From Hyphomicrobiaceae bacterium (GTDB lineage Bacteria; Pseudomonadota; Alphaproteobacteria; Rhizobiales; Hyphomicrobiaceae), in the NCBI GenBank assembly GCA_031365465.1, contig JANLYD010000003.1:1-63532 (forward strand): a stretch of 63,532 bases of DNA, written 5' to 3'. Under the pieces are notes generated by a model. The model worked only from the letters and a program-made list of their open reading frames with translations, was not told the origin of the DNA and searched no databases. Numbering within the stretch: position 1 is the first letter of the stretch; each line of letters opens with the position of its first letter. The translations under genes were made by a program, and so were the position numbers. Positions 19,246-29,567 of this stretch are shown one piece after another.

Positions 19246-19955
19246 CAGCGCTGTTACAAGTCGAAGGCCTGAAGGCTTTCTATGGTCCCTCAGAAGCATT
19301 GCACGGCATCGGTTTCACGCTGGCGCAGGGTGGCATAACGACCATCTTGGGCGCCAATGGCGCGGGCAAGACGACGACGCTGCGGGCGCTGGTCGGCATG
19401 GTTCGGCGCGAAGGTTCGGTTCTGTTCGACGGCAAGCCGATCGACCGTCTGTCCACCGAGGCGATCGCGCGGCTGGGTGTGGCCCACGTGCCGGAAGGAC
19501 GGGGCACGTTCACCGGTCTGAGCGTCGACGAAAACCTGCGTATTGCTGCCTACACGCGTAGCGACAAGGCCGCGATCAAGGACGACATCGAGCGTGTGTT
19601 CGGTTATTTCCCGCGCCTCAAGGAACGCATCAACCAGCAGGCCGGCACGTTGTCGGGCGGCGAACAACAGATGCTGGCGATCGCGCGGGCGCTGATGCTG
19701 CGACCGCGCCTGATGTTGCTCGACGAGCCGTCGTTCGGTCTTGCACCCTTGATCGTCCAGGAGATTTTTCGGATCATGCGGCTGATCAACAGCGAAGGCA
19801 AAGTGTCGGTGCTGCTGGTCGAACAGAACGCGTCACTCGCGCTCGATCTCGCCACCGAGGCCTATGTGCTGGAAACCGGCAATGTCGTCATGTCCGGAAA
19901 ATCGGCCGACGTGAAAAACGACGAAGGCATCCGCCGGTCGTATCTCGGATACTGA
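19242..19955 (+). CDS. livF: ABC transporter ATP-binding protein (LivF-like)
   Basis: GANGAGKTT, LSGGEQQMLAIARAL, LMLLDEPSFGLAP. GTGA overlap with the preceding gene. Confidence 0.85.
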   Translation: MTALLQVEGLKAFYGPSEALHGIGFTLAQGGITTILGANGAGKTTTLRALVGMVRREGSVLFDGKPIDRLSTEAIARLGVAHVPEGRGTFTGLSVDENLRIAAYTRSDKAAIKDDIERVFGYFPRLKERINQQAGTLSGGEQQMLAIARALMLRPRLMLLDEPSFGLAPLIVQEIFRIMRLINSEGKVSVLLVEQNASLALDLATEAYVLETGNVVMSGKSADVKNDEGIRRSYLGY

Positions 19956-20011
19956 CGCGCCCGAAACGGCATCGACACGAGCGTAGTTTAGAGAGCAGTC
20001 AGAAAGCCGCC

Positions 20012-20917
20012 ATGGAACAGCTTTTACAGCAGATTGCCTCTGGTCTCGCGAGCGGCGCGATCTACGCCTGCGTCGCGCTGGCGCTGGTCATGATCTTCAC
20101 CGCGACCGACCATCTCAATTTCGCGCAAGGCGAGATGGCGATGTTCTCCACGTACCTTTGTTGGCAAATGATGCAGTGGGGCTTGGGGTTTTGGACATCG
20201 TTGGCGCTAGCGGCCGGCCTCTCGTTCATTCTCGGCGTGCTGATCGAGCGTATCATCCTCCGGCCGCTGGCGGGAGCGTCGGCGTTGTCCGTCGTCGTCG
20301 TCTTCATCGGCCTGCTGGCGATCTTCCACTCGCTCGCGGGGGCGATCTGGAGCCATACGATCAAGACGTTTCCCTCGCCATTCCCGGAAGTGGCATTTGC
20401 CGGCTCAGGCATCATCGGCGCCCATCAGATCGGCATGGTCGTGGTGACGATCGCGATGCTTTCGGCGCTGTTCTGTTTCTTCCGCTTCACGACACTGGGG
20501 CTGGCGATGCGGGCGGCGGCGCAGAACCCAAGTTCGGCACGGCTGGTGGGGGTCAACGTCGACTGGATGCTGGCGCTTGGCTGGGGCTTGGCGGCGGCAA
20601 TCGGGGCGGTGGCGGGCGCTATGGTGGCGCCGGTCGTCTACCTCGAGCCCAACATGATGTCGTCGATCCTGCTGTACGGCTTCGCGGGTGCGCTGGTGGG
20701 CGGTATTTCGAGCCCGGGCGGCGCGGTTTTCGGTGGCTTCATGGTCGGCGTGCTGGAAAACCTCGTGGCGTACTTCGGCAACCTGACCGAGAAGACGTTC
20801 GGGGTCTACTTCATCGGAAACGGTGAGAAGCTGTCGGTCGCGCTGATCATCGTGATCACCATTTTGACGTTGAAGCCAGCGGGCCTGTTCGGCCGCGTCA
20901 TCACCAAGCGAGTTTGA
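20012..20917 (+). CDS. livH: ABC transporter permease (LivH-like)
   Basis: About 8 TM segments. The N-terminus LLQQIASGLASGAIYACVALALVMIF is typical of the LivH family. Confidence 0.85.
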   Translation: MEQLLQQIASGLASGAIYACVALALVMIFTATDHLNFAQGEMAMFSTYLCWQMMQWGLGFWTSLALAAGLSFILGVLIERIILRPLAGASALSVVVVFIGLLAIFHSLAGAIWSHTIKTFPSPFPEVAFAGSGIIGAHQIGMVVVTIAMLSALFCFFRFTTLGLAMRAAAQNPSSARLVGVNVDWMLALGWGLAAAIGAVAGAMVAPVVYLEPNMMSSILLYGFAGALVGGISSPGGAVFGGFMVGVLENLVAYFGNLTEKTFGVYFIGNGEKLSVALIIVITILTLKPAGLFGRVITKRV

Positions 20918-20922
20918 GTGCG

Positions 20923-22176
20923 ATGACGACGACACTTCAGACAGCGACCGCAAGCACTCAAACCACGGCCAGTATGGCGGCGGCAGCGGTCAACGATTTT
21001 CTGCGCGGGCAGGCATCTGCGTCGGGGGTTCGACCGGTCGCGGCGGTCGCAGTGCACAGCGCGGCAGCCGACGGGGCGGCGAGTTCATCTGGCGCTGCTA
21101 ATCATCCGCACCCGATCAATACGAGTAACGGTACCGCGCCACCTGCGCCCGCACCGATACCAATGCGACGAACGAAGCGTTCATGGTGGCCGGTGGTGCT
21201 AGTGGCACTTGCCGGTTCGCTGGTGCTGTTCGGTGGTAAAGGCGGGTGGATTTCGAATTTCCAGTATCTGCAGCTGTCACTGGTGCTGGTTTATGCAATC
21301 GCGGTGCTGGGGCTCAACTTGTTGACCGGCTTCAACGGGCAGATTTCGCTCGGGCACGGGGCGTTCTTCGCGCTGGGCGCCTACACGGCGGCAATCCTGA
21401 TCGATCGCTACAACGTGCCGTATCTGGCAACGCTGCCGATTGCGGCCATCCTGTGCTTCGTCGCGGGTTACCTGTTTGGCTTGCCGGCACTCCGGCTCGA
21501 GGGTCACTATCTGGCGTTGGCGACATTCGCGCTGGCGACCGCCGTGCCGCAGATATTGAAGTACCGGCATATCGAGGGCCTGACCGGCGGCGTGCAGGGC
21601 ATCAATCTAGTCAAGCCGGATGCGCCGTTTGGATTGCCGTTGTCTCCGGATCAATGGATGTACTTGATCGTGCTGGCGACCGCCGCCTTGATGTTCTGGA
21701 TCGGCCGCAACCTGCTCGACAGCCGCCCCGGCCGCGCCATCGTTGCGATCCGTGATCAGCCGCTCGCCGCCGTAACCATGGGCATCGACACCGCCCGTTT
21801 CAAAGCGACCACGTTTGGGATCAGTGCGATTTATGTGGGTCTGGCCGGCGCATTGCACGCCATCATCTTCGAATATGTGTCGCCGGACAGTTTCCGCTTC
21901 GATCTGTCGGTGGCGATTCTCGTCGGCGCGGTGGTCGGAGGTATCGCGTCGCTGCCCGGCGCACTGATCGGTGGCCTGTTCGTGCAGTTCATCGAAAAGT
22001 ATGCCGATGCGGCTACCCGCGCCTTTACCAATCTGGTGCACTTGCCGATCGAACTGGAACCGTGGACGATCTACGGTATCCTGTTGATTACTCTTATCTA
22101 CGTGATGCCAGGTGGGGTCGCAGGCGGCATCGCACAACTGTATGCAAAATTAAAACGCAAATATACGGTTTCCTGA
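20923..22176 (+). CDS. livM: ABC transporter permease (LivM-like) with low-complexity N-terminal extension
   Basis: The TM core from about aa 100 has the LivM-type motif (GQISLGHGAFFALGAYTAA). ATG 20923 lies just after the livH stop; TTG 20914 is also possible. Confidence 0.8.
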   Translation: MTTTLQTATASTQTTASMAAAAVNDFLRGQASASGVRPVAAVAVHSAAADGAASSSGAANHPHPINTSNGTAPPAPAPIPMRRTKRSWWPVVLVALAGSLVLFGGKGGWISNFQYLQLSLVLVYAIAVLGLNLLTGFNGQISLGHGAFFALGAYTAAILIDRYNVPYLATLPIAAILCFVAGYLFGLPALRLEGHYLALATFALATAVPQILKYRHIEGLTGGVQGINLVKPDAPFGLPLSPDQWMYLIVLATAALMFWIGRNLLDSRPGRAIVAIRDQPLAAVTMGIDTARFKATTFGISAIYVGLAGALHAIIFEYVSPDSFRFDLSVAILVGAVVGGIASLPGALIGGLFVQFIEKYADAATRAFTNLVHLPIELEPWTIYGILLITLIYVMPGGVAGGIAQLYAKLKRKYTVS

Positions 22177-22210
22177 AAGACGTATCGATACTTCAGCGGA
22201 GGAAAGAAGC

Positions 22211-23434
22211 ATGACTATGCCTATCATGACACGTCGCGGGTTCGCGGCAACCGCGCTCGGGATGGCACTCGCCGTCAGCCCAGCGCTCGCGCAGAAAAAA
22301 TACGATGACGGTGCGACCGACACCGAAATCAAGATCGGCCAGACGATGCCTTACTCCGGCAACGCGTCGGCGTACGGCAAGATCGGGCAGACCGAGGCTG
22401 CCTTCTTCAAGATGATCAACGATCAGGGCGGCATCAACGGGCGTAAGATCAACTTCATTTCCTTGGATGACGGTTACGCACCACCCAAGACCGTGGAAAT
22501 GACGCGGAAGCTCGTCGAAGAAGACAAGGTACTGTTCCTGTACGGGCAACTCGGCACGCCGCCGAACTCGGCGATCCACAAGTACGTGAACACCAAGAAA
22601 GTGCCGCATCTGTTCCTGGCAACGGGCGCATCGAAGTGGGGCAACCCGAAGGAATTCCCCTGGACGATGGGCTGGCAGCCCGACTACGCGACCGAAGGCG
22701 CGATCTACGCCAAGCACATTCTGGCCAACATCAAGGATGCCAAGATTGCGATCCTGATGCAGAACGACGACTACGGAAAAGATTACCTGAATGGGTTCAA
22801 GGCCGGTCTCGGCAAGGACAACGAGAAGCTGATCGTCCAGTTCTCGACCTACGAGGTGACTGACCCCACCGTCGATAGCCAGATGATCCAGCTGAAGAAC
22901 TCGGGCGCCAACGTATTCTTCAACATCACCACGCCGAAGTTCGCGGCGCAGGCGATCAAGAAGGCCGCCGAGATCGGCTGGAAACCGGCTCATTACTTGA
23001 ACAACGTGTCGGCCTCGTTCGGTTCGGTGTTCATCCCGGCCGGCATCGATGCCTCGCAGGGCGTCATCACGGCCATGTACCAGAAGGACGTGACGGACAG
23101 CCAGTGGGAGAAGTCGCCCGACTTCATCGCCTGGAAGGAATTCATGACCAAGTATATGCCGAACGCGGATCTGAAGGATCAGAATCACGCCTACGGCTAT
23201 GCATCAGCGAACACTCTCGTCGAAGTGCTGAAAAAATGCGGTGATGACCTGACGCGTGAAAACTTGATGAAGCAGGCCGCAAACCTTAAGGGTTTTGTGC
23301 CACCGATGCTCATCCCCGGCATCAAGATCGATACCAGCGCAACCGACTTCTATCCTATCCAGGCGGTGCAGTTGGCGCGCGTGAAAGGCAATACCGTCGA
23401 AGGCTTCGGCCCGATCATGTCGAACGACAACTGA
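22211..23434 (+). CDS. periplasmic substrate-binding protein of the Liv-type ABC system
   Basis: Tat/Sec-like leader (MTRRGFAATALGMALAVSPALA) and type I periplasmic-binding fold pattern (IKIGQTMPYSGNASAYG). Confidence 0.85.
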   Translation: MTMPIMTRRGFAATALGMALAVSPALAQKKYDDGATDTEIKIGQTMPYSGNASAYGKIGQTEAAFFKMINDQGGINGRKINFISLDDGYAPPKTVEMTRKLVEEDKVLFLYGQLGTPPNSAIHKYVNTKKVPHLFLATGASKWGNPKEFPWTMGWQPDYATEGAIYAKHILANIKDAKIAILMQNDDYGKDYLNGFKAGLGKDNEKLIVQFSTYEVTDPTVDSQMIQLKNSGANVFFNITTPKFAAQAIKKAAEIGWKPAHYLNNVSASFGSVFIPAGIDASQGVITAMYQKDVTDSQWEKSPDFIAWKEFMTKYMPNADLKDQNHAYGYASANTLVEVLKKCGDDLTRENLMKQAANLKGFVPPMLIPGIKIDTSATDFYPIQAVQLARVKGNTVEGFGPIMSNDN

Positions 23435-23464
23435 GCGTCGCAGTCGCAGTCTCGTTCGATCAGG

Positions 23465-23498
23465 CCTGCCGGTGGTTGTTACTACCGGCAGGTTTTTT
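23465..23498 (+). terminator. rho-independent terminator after the Liv-type operon
   Basis: CCTGCCGGT (23465-23473) pairs with ACCGGCAGG (23484-23492), followed by TTTTTT (23493-23498). Confidence 0.8.
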
Positions 23499-23633
23499 GT
23501 TGGCATCGTCGCCGACAGCTCTTTGCGTAGCGAATACCCCGGCCGCGCACTGAGCAATGCACAAACCCATCTTGTCGCGCTAATCTGACGCCCGGTGCTG
23601 TAGCGCGGCTCGGCCGTTAGAGGATCTTCGACG

Positions 23634-25250
23634 ATGAAACCTGGCGCAAACTCAGCAGGCGTTCTCGACGCCTTGGTCATCGGCGCGGGGTTCGCCGGCC
23701 TGTATCAGTTGCATTGCTTGCGCGATCGACTGGGACTGAAAGTTGCCGTGCTCGAAGCTGGCGAAGGTGTCGGAGGCACCTGGTATTGGAACCGCTATCC
23801 AGGCGCGCGCTGCGATACCGAAAGCCACGCCTATTGCTTTACGTTTTCCGACGAGTTGATCGACGACTGGGACTGGTCGGAACGCTATCCGGGACAGGCC
23901 GAAATCTTGCGATATGTGAACTTCGTCGCGGACCGGCTCGATCTCAAGCGGGATATCCGCTTTGGCACTCGCGTTACCTCGTGCCGATATGACGGTGCGG
24001 CCAACCTCTGGCGCGTAACGACGGAAACGGGCGAGACCCTTACTGCGACGTATCTCGTCACGGCCGTCGGCTGCTTGTCGACGGCGAACGTGCCCAACAT
24101 TCCCGGTCTCGACAGGTTTCAGGGCCAGTGGCTGCACACCGGGGAATGGCCGCACGACGGCGTGGATTTCAGCGGCAAGCGCGTAGGCCAGATCGGAACG
24201 GGATCGACGGGTATCCAGTCTGCGCCGGTCATTGCGGAAGCCGCACGGCATCTGACCGTGTTCCAGCGCACCGCCAACTACAGCGTGCCCGCGCGCAATG
24301 TTCCGTTGACGCCTGAATTTCAGCGCGACGTGAAAGAGAACTTCGCGGAAGTGCGGCGCATCATGCACAGCACACACAACGGACATGCGTTCCGCATCGC
24401 GGAGCGGTCGGTGTTCGATGTTTCGGAAGCCGAGCGTGCCGAAATCTATGCGCAGGCATGGGAGGCAGGCGGGCTGCAGTTCCGTGCGGCGTTCAAGGAT
24501 CTGCTGTCGAGCAAGACGGCAAACGATACCGCTGCAGAGTTTCTGCGCGGCAAAATACGCGAGATCGTGAAAGACCCGGCGACAGCCGAAGCGCTGTCGG
24601 ACATCGATCATCCCTACGGTGCCAAGCGGCCGCCCATCGACACAAACTATTTCGAAACCTTCAATCGCGAAAACGTCACGCTGGTGGATGTGCGCAAGGC
24701 GCCGATCCAGGAAATTACCGCCACCGGTGTGCGCACGGCGGAAGGCGAGTATCCGCTCGACGTCATCGTGTTCGCGACGGGCTTCGATGCGATGACCGGA
24801 CCGCTGCTTGCGCTCGATCTGCAGGGCCGAGACGGTGTCAAATTAGCTGATATCTGGAAAGACGGCCCGAGCACGTATCTTGGTCTTCAGATTGCGGGCT
24901 TCCCCAACCTGTTCACGATCACCGGCCCCGGCAGTCCGTCCGTGCTGACCAACATGCCGGTCGCCATCGAGCAGCACGTGGAGTGGATTACAGACTGCAT
25001 CGCGCATATGCGGCAGCGTGGCATCGCGCGCATCGAACCCGAACCGCAGGCGGCGACCGCGTGGGGGCGCGAAGTCAACGCGGCGGCCGAAGCAACGCTC
25101 CTGCCGCAGGCGCACCACTCCTGGTATCTGGGTGCCAACGTGCCGGGTAAGCCCCGCGTGTTCATGCCCTATGCGGGCGGGATGGCGAGGTATCGCCAGC
25201 GCTGCACCGATGTTGCGGCCAAGGCCTACGAAGGCTTCGTGCTGAGCTAA
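23634..25250 (+). CDS. Baeyer-Villiger (flavin-containing) monooxygenase
   Basis: Two Rossmann motifs (GAGFAG, GTGSTG) and the BVMO fingerprint FxGxxxHxxxWP, seen here as FQGQWLHTGEWP. Confidence 0.85.
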   Translation: MKPGANSAGVLDALVIGAGFAGLYQLHCLRDRLGLKVAVLEAGEGVGGTWYWNRYPGARCDTESHAYCFTFSDELIDDWDWSERYPGQAEILRYVNFVADRLDLKRDIRFGTRVTSCRYDGAANLWRVTTETGETLTATYLVTAVGCLSTANVPNIPGLDRFQGQWLHTGEWPHDGVDFSGKRVGQIGTGSTGIQSAPVIAEAARHLTVFQRTANYSVPARNVPLTPEFQRDVKENFAEVRRIMHSTHNGHAFRIAERSVFDVSEAERAEIYAQAWEAGGLQFRAAFKDLLSSKTANDTAAEFLRGKIREIVKDPATAEALSDIDHPYGAKRPPIDTNYFETFNRENVTLVDVRKAPIQEITATGVRTAEGEYPLDVIVFATGFDAMTGPLLALDLQGRDGVKLADIWKDGPSTYLGLQIAGFPNLFTITGPGSPSVLTNMPVAIEQHVEWITDCIAHMRQRGIARIEPEPQAATAWGREVNAAAEATLLPQAHHSWYLGANVPGKPRVFMPYAGGMARYRQRCTDVAAKAYEGFVLS

Positions 25251-25297
25251 TCGCCGCGTTCATCAAAGAGCACCGAAAATCATCAAAGGATCGAGCC

Positions 25298-26059
25298 ATG
25301 CGATTTAAAGACTGGGGCGCCCTGGTGTCAGGCGCGGCGAGCGGAATTGGCGAGCAGGTTGCGCGTGAACTGGCGGCCGAAGGAGCGGTGGTCGCGGTGG
25401 CCGATCGCGACAGCGCGGGCGCCAGGCGAGTGGCCGATGCGATTTCATCGGCTGGCGGACGTGTGCACGCGTTTGATTTGGACGTCGGAGACGCGAAAAG
25501 CGTTTCGGCTTTCGTCGACAGCGCCCAGCGCCGGCTCGGGCGATTGGATGTGCTGGTGAATTCGGCAGGCGTACGGGAAATCGTACCGGTACTGGATCTG
25601 TCGCTCGAAGAATGGACGCGGGTGATGACGGTCAACGTCACCGGCACGTTCCTATGCTCACAGGCGTTCGCACGCGCCGTCGTGGCGGCCAAGGGACGGG
25701 CAGCGATCGTCAATCTTGCGTCGACCTTGGGGGTGACGGCGTCGCCCAACCGCGCGGCCTATACGGCGTCGAAACACGCGGTGGTCGGACTGACCAAAGA
25801 AATGGCGATGGAACTGGGCGCGATGGGTATTCGTGTCAACGCAGTCGGCCCCGGCGTCATTCGCACGCCGCTGACCGAGCGCTATTTCCAAGAACCGGAA
25901 CAGTCGCAGCGGATCAAAGACATTCACGCGCTGGGCCGGTGGGGCGAGCCAGACGAAGTGGCCAAAGCCATTCTGTTCCTCGCCTCCGCCGATGCCAGTT
26001 TCTGCACCGGCACGACATTGCTGGTCGACGGTGGCTGGACGGCAGGCAAGACGTTTTAG
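25298..26059 (+). CDS. SDR-family oxidoreductase
   Basis: GAASGIG cofactor motif, NSAG, catalytic YTASK. 253 aa. Confidence 0.85.
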   Translation: MRFKDWGALVSGAASGIGEQVARELAAEGAVVAVADRDSAGARRVADAISSAGGRVHAFDLDVGDAKSVSAFVDSAQRRLGRLDVLVNSAGVREIVPVLDLSLEEWTRVMTVNVTGTFLCSQAFARAVVAAKGRAAIVNLASTLGVTASPNRAAYTASKHAVVGLTKEMAMELGAMGIRVNAVGPGVIRTPLTERYFQEPEQSQRIKDIHALGRWGEPDEVAKAILFLASADASFCTGTTLLVDGGWTAGKTF

Positions 26060-26093
26060 CCCTGCGCTGCAGCCCTTTTGCAAGACGCGCCCG

Positions 26094-27935
26094 TCACGTG
26101 AACAGGAAGTCGCTCGCAGTCATCGTGATGGCTGAGATGCCGGCAAGGACGATGTCGTGCCCGCCGAAGCTGACGTGGGCGTCCGCACCCACTTGCGTGA
26201 GCGTCAGTTGAGAAAAGTCGCTCAACCCTGTCACGTGATGGAACTCGAGCTTGTCTTGCTTGCGCGTAAAGTCGGTGATGGTGTCGGTGCCCCAGTTGGT
26301 ATCGAACACGAACACGTCGGAACCCGTGCCGCCGGTCAATCTGTTGGCGCCGAGCCCGCCGGTGAGACGATCGTTGCCGCCGCCTCCGATGATCTGATCG
26401 TTGCCCGCACCACCATCGATGGTGTCGTTGCCGCCGCCGCCGTCGAGTTGATTGGCCCCGCCGTTGCCGATCAGGACGTCGTTGTAGGAAGATCCCTTCA
26501 GGTGTTCGATCGAGACGAGTTCTGCTGCCGCCGTGCCGCCGATCATTGCCTTGATGCTCGCATTCGATAGATCAACCGTGACTGCCGCACCGGCTTTTGA
26601 AAAGTCGACAGTGTCGTTACCTGCGCCGCCGTCGAGAACGTCGTAACCGGCCGAGACCATCAATCGGTCATCGCCGGCGCCGCCGTAGACCTTGTCGTTA
26701 CCGTCGCCGCCGTTCAGCACGTCGTTGCCATCATTGCCTAAGAGCGTGTCGTCGCCCGCAGCCCCGTTGACAGTGTCATTGCCACTGCCGGCCGAGATCG
26801 CGTCGCGACCGGCGCTGCCGGTGATGATGTCGTCACCTGATGTGACCGCCCATGTCCATGCCGTGGCACCTGCGGGGATGCCAGCGTCGGGTTGATGGAC
26901 ACCGTCGATCGTCACGTCGTGGGCTGCGATCCAGCGATCGTTAGCCGTGTCGCTATCGCCAAAGTCCTGCAGAAGGGCCTGAATGCCGACCGTGCCGGTG
27001 CCGCCGTTACCACTGTAGACGACATCATGAATGTCGACGCCGTCGACGCCGGACAAGCGGATGCCGTCCATTACATTATCGCTGATGGCGACATGATCGA
27101 CGGCGACGTGACTTGCTTCGCTGACTTCGATTCCGGCGCGCCCATTGTGAGCCAGCGTTCCGCCGGTGATGTGGATGCTGTCGGTCCAACTGCGGATTTC
27201 GTTGTCGCCGGTCTGGACGGAAATGCCCGAGCCGCCGTTGTCGTGTGCGTCGTTGCCGGTCATCGTCACGTCGTGCGAGCCGGTGACGATATTGAAACCG
27301 TGCCGCCCATTATCGTACGCGACGTTGTTTGACAGTGTCACATTGGAACAGAAGTCGATGGTGAAGCCGTCGACGCCGTTGTTGTGGGCGGCGCTGTTGG
27401 TGATCGACAATCCGACGGTCTGCTCGTGCGGATCGAAGCCGTAGCGCGAGCAGTTCATGATCTCGACGTGATCGAGGCTGATGTTGGTATCGGCCTGCGC
27501 GGTGCCGGGCTTCGGCCCGCAGTAGAATCCGTCGACGTTGCCTGTGCTGTGGGCGGCATTCCCGTCGAGCGACAAGCCTTTGACGCTGACGTTGTCGACG
27601 GTGGTGTAAGTGCCGTCCGGATTGGTTTTTCCGCTGTCCGTGCGTAGGATTCCGGTGACTGCGGACGAACCGTCGGCGAGCTTCAGTACGGTGGCGCCCA
27701 TACCGGCGCCTTCCAAGGTCGTGTTACTGCCGATCTTCAAGCAGCCATCTGCGGCTTTACCGGTGCCGGCGACCGTCCATACGCCCGCTGACAGATCGAC
27801 GGTGCCGCCACCGTGGGCTTCAACTGCACTCAGCGCTTTTTGAATTGCGGCCGTCTGATCTTTTGCAGAGGCTGTGTCCGAAATTGAAACAGAGAACGTT
27901 TGACCGTCATTGTATGAATATGAAACATTGAGCAT
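26094..27935 (-). CDS. secreted right-handed beta-helix protein (mannuronan C5-epimerase/AlgE-like) with C-terminal RTX repeats
   Basis: ATG 27935 follows GGAGGAA. The N-terminus AAIQKALSAVEAHGGGTVDLSAGVWTV and repeated NxxxHDNG/NG beta-helix turns match an AlgE-like fold. The C-terminus has GGxGxD nonapeptides (GGAGNDQIIGGGGNDRLTGGLGANRLTGGTGSDVFVF). Confidence 0.75.
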   Translation of the reverse strand: MLNVSYSYNDGQTFSVSISDTASAKDQTAAIQKALSAVEAHGGGTVDLSAGVWTVAGTGKAADGCLKIGSNTTLEGAGMGATVLKLADGSSAVTGILRTDSGKTNPDGTYTTVDNVSVKGLSLDGNAAHSTGNVDGFYCGPKPGTAQADTNISLDHVEIMNCSRYGFDPHEQTVGLSITNSAAHNNGVDGFTIDFCSNVTLSNNVAYDNGRHGFNIVTGSHDVTMTGNDAHDNGGSGISVQTGDNEIRSWTDSIHITGGTLAHNGRAGIEVSEASHVAVDHVAISDNVMDGIRLSGVDGVDIHDVVYSGNGGTGTVGIQALLQDFGDSDTANDRWIAAHDVTIDGVHQPDAGIPAGATAWTWAVTSGDDIITGSAGRDAISAGSGNDTVNGAAGDDTLLGNDGNDVLNGGDGNDKVYGGAGDDRLMVSAGYDVLDGGAGNDTVDFSKAGAAVTVDLSNASIKAMIGGTAAAELVSIEHLKGSSYNDVLIGNGGANQLDGGGGNDTIDGGAGNDQIIGGGGNDRLTGGLGANRLTGGTGSDVFVFDTNWGTDTITDFTRKQDKLEFHHVTGLSDFSQLTLTQVGADAHVSFGGHDIVLAGISAITMTASDFLFT

Positions 27936-28088
27936 GATATTCCTCCGGAATGGTGCCGTTTCGACCGTTCCGTCGCAATTTACGTGCCCGTGAGCGAAGC
28001 CGACGCGGCTGCCGCCGTGCGAACTTCGGCAAGAGTTGTTTTTCAGCGGCGTATTGCAAGCGTATGCAATCAGCAACTGATGGTGCGC

Positions 28089-28766
28089 CTAGGGATCGAA
28101 ACCGACGAACACCGCCGCTTCAGCGACGGACTTGCGTTCGGACACGACCGCATTTGCCGGAAAGCTCTCGTCGGGCCAACCCAGCGCAATGCTTTTCATG
28201 ATGACCTGATCGTCGCTTATTTTGGCATGCTCCCGCACCACGGGTGATTGCATGATGCCCTGGCTGTTGATGACAGTGCCAAGCCCGCGCGACCATGCGG
28301 CGTTCACCAGGGCCGTCGACACAGCGCCGCAATCGAAAGGTGTATCGTCGCTACCGTCGAGTGCCCGGTCATAGGTCACGATCACGCACACGGGCGCGTC
28401 GAATTGCCGGAAGCCACGCAGGACCCAATCCTGCCGTTTGATCTTGTCGTCGCGTTCGATCCCCATTGCGGAAAACAACTGCTTGGCGACGCCGACCTGC
28501 CGATCCCGGTGTGGTCCGGCGAACGCCTGCCCGGTGCGAAACTCGCGCGACTGCGGCACGCCCGTCACCATGCGTTCGGTGTTACCGGCACGGATGCGCT
28601 CGAGCGGTTCGCCAGTAATGACGTAGAAATTCCAGGGCTGCGTATTCATGGAGGACGGCGCGCGCATCGCCAGACCGATGATCTCTTCGATCAGTGCCCT
28701 GGGGACCGGATCGGGTTTGTAACCACGGATGCTCCGGCGCCCGAGCACGACATCATCAAACTGCAT
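28089..28766 (-). CDS. nitroreductase-family protein
   Basis: MQFDDVVLGRRSIRGY N-terminus and PSSMNTQPW motif. Start set at the internal ATG 28766. Confidence 0.8.
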   Translation of the reverse strand: MQFDDVVLGRRSIRGYKPDPVPRALIEEIIGLAMRAPSSMNTQPWNFYVITGEPLERIRAGNTERMVTGVPQSREFRTGQAFAGPHRDRQVGVAKQLFSAMGIERDDKIKRQDWVLRGFRQFDAPVCVIVTYDRALDGSDDTPFDCGAVSTALVNAAWSRGLGTVINSQGIMQSPVVREHAKISDDQVIMKSIALGWPDESFPANAVVSERKSVAEAAVFVGFDP

Positions 28767-28882
28767 GGATCTGTATTTCCCGGACACGTGTGAACACATT
28801 GCCGGAATGATCGCGGTTTGCAGCCTCTCGCGCAAGATCGATGTGTAGACGGAGATCGACCGGACACGGCGAGATGCGGCTT

Positions 28883-29563
28883 TCAGTCCATCGCGTATCC
28901 CGCGCCGCGCACCGTCCGGATGGGATCAGATTCGTTACCGCGGATGAGGGCCTTGCGCAGACGGCCGATGTGGACGTCGACGGTGCGGTCATCGACCTCA
29001 GTCGCGGAGCCCCAGACGCGACCGATCAGATGATCCCGGCTCAGAACGCGACCCGCGCTTTCGAGCAAGGTTTCGAGCAACCGGTATTCCGTCGGTCCGA
29101 GTGCCACCTCGCGCGTTCCGCGCGTGACGCGATGCGTTGAGCGGTCGAGAACGATGTCGCCATGTGACAGCGACGTGCTGACACGCTCGGGCGAAGCGCG
29201 GCGCAACAGTGCCGCGACGCGCGCCATCAGCTCCGGCACCGAAAACGGTTTGACCACATAGTCATCGGCGCCGGTCTTGAGGCCGCGGACGCGATCGGCT
29301 TCCTCGCCGCGCGCCGTGAGCATCAGGATGGGCATGTCCGAATGGGCGCTGGCCTTGCGCAAGCGGGCGCACAACTCGATGCCCGACATATCCGGCAGCA
29401 TCCAGTCGAGAATGACGAGGTCGAAGGCGCCAGCAGCGAGATGGTGATCGCCGTCCTCTGCCGTGGCGGCGGTGGTCACAGCGTAGCCCGCACTTTCCAT
29501 GTTGTAGCGAAGCAGCGTGACGAGTGCCGTGTCGTCTTCGACGATGAGGATGTGCACGGCCAT
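28883..29563 (-). CDS. phoB: phosphate regulon response regulator PhoB
   Basis: Receiver domain (ILIVEDD, ILDWMLPDMSG, VKPF) plus an OmpR/PhoB winged helix (RTVDVHIGRLRKAL). Position directly after phoU. Confidence 0.9.
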   Translation of the reverse strand: MAVHILIVEDDTALVTLLRYNMESAGYAVTTAATAEDGDHHLAAGAFDLVILDWMLPDMSGIELCARLRKASAHSDMPILMLTARGEEADRVRGLKTGADDYVVKPFSVPELMARVAALLRRASPERVSTSLSHGDIVLDRSTHRVTRGTREVALGPTEYRLLETLLESAGRVLSRDHLIGRVWGSATEVDDRTVDVHIGRLRKALIRGNESDPIRTVRGAGYAMD

Positions 29564-29567
29564 GAAA

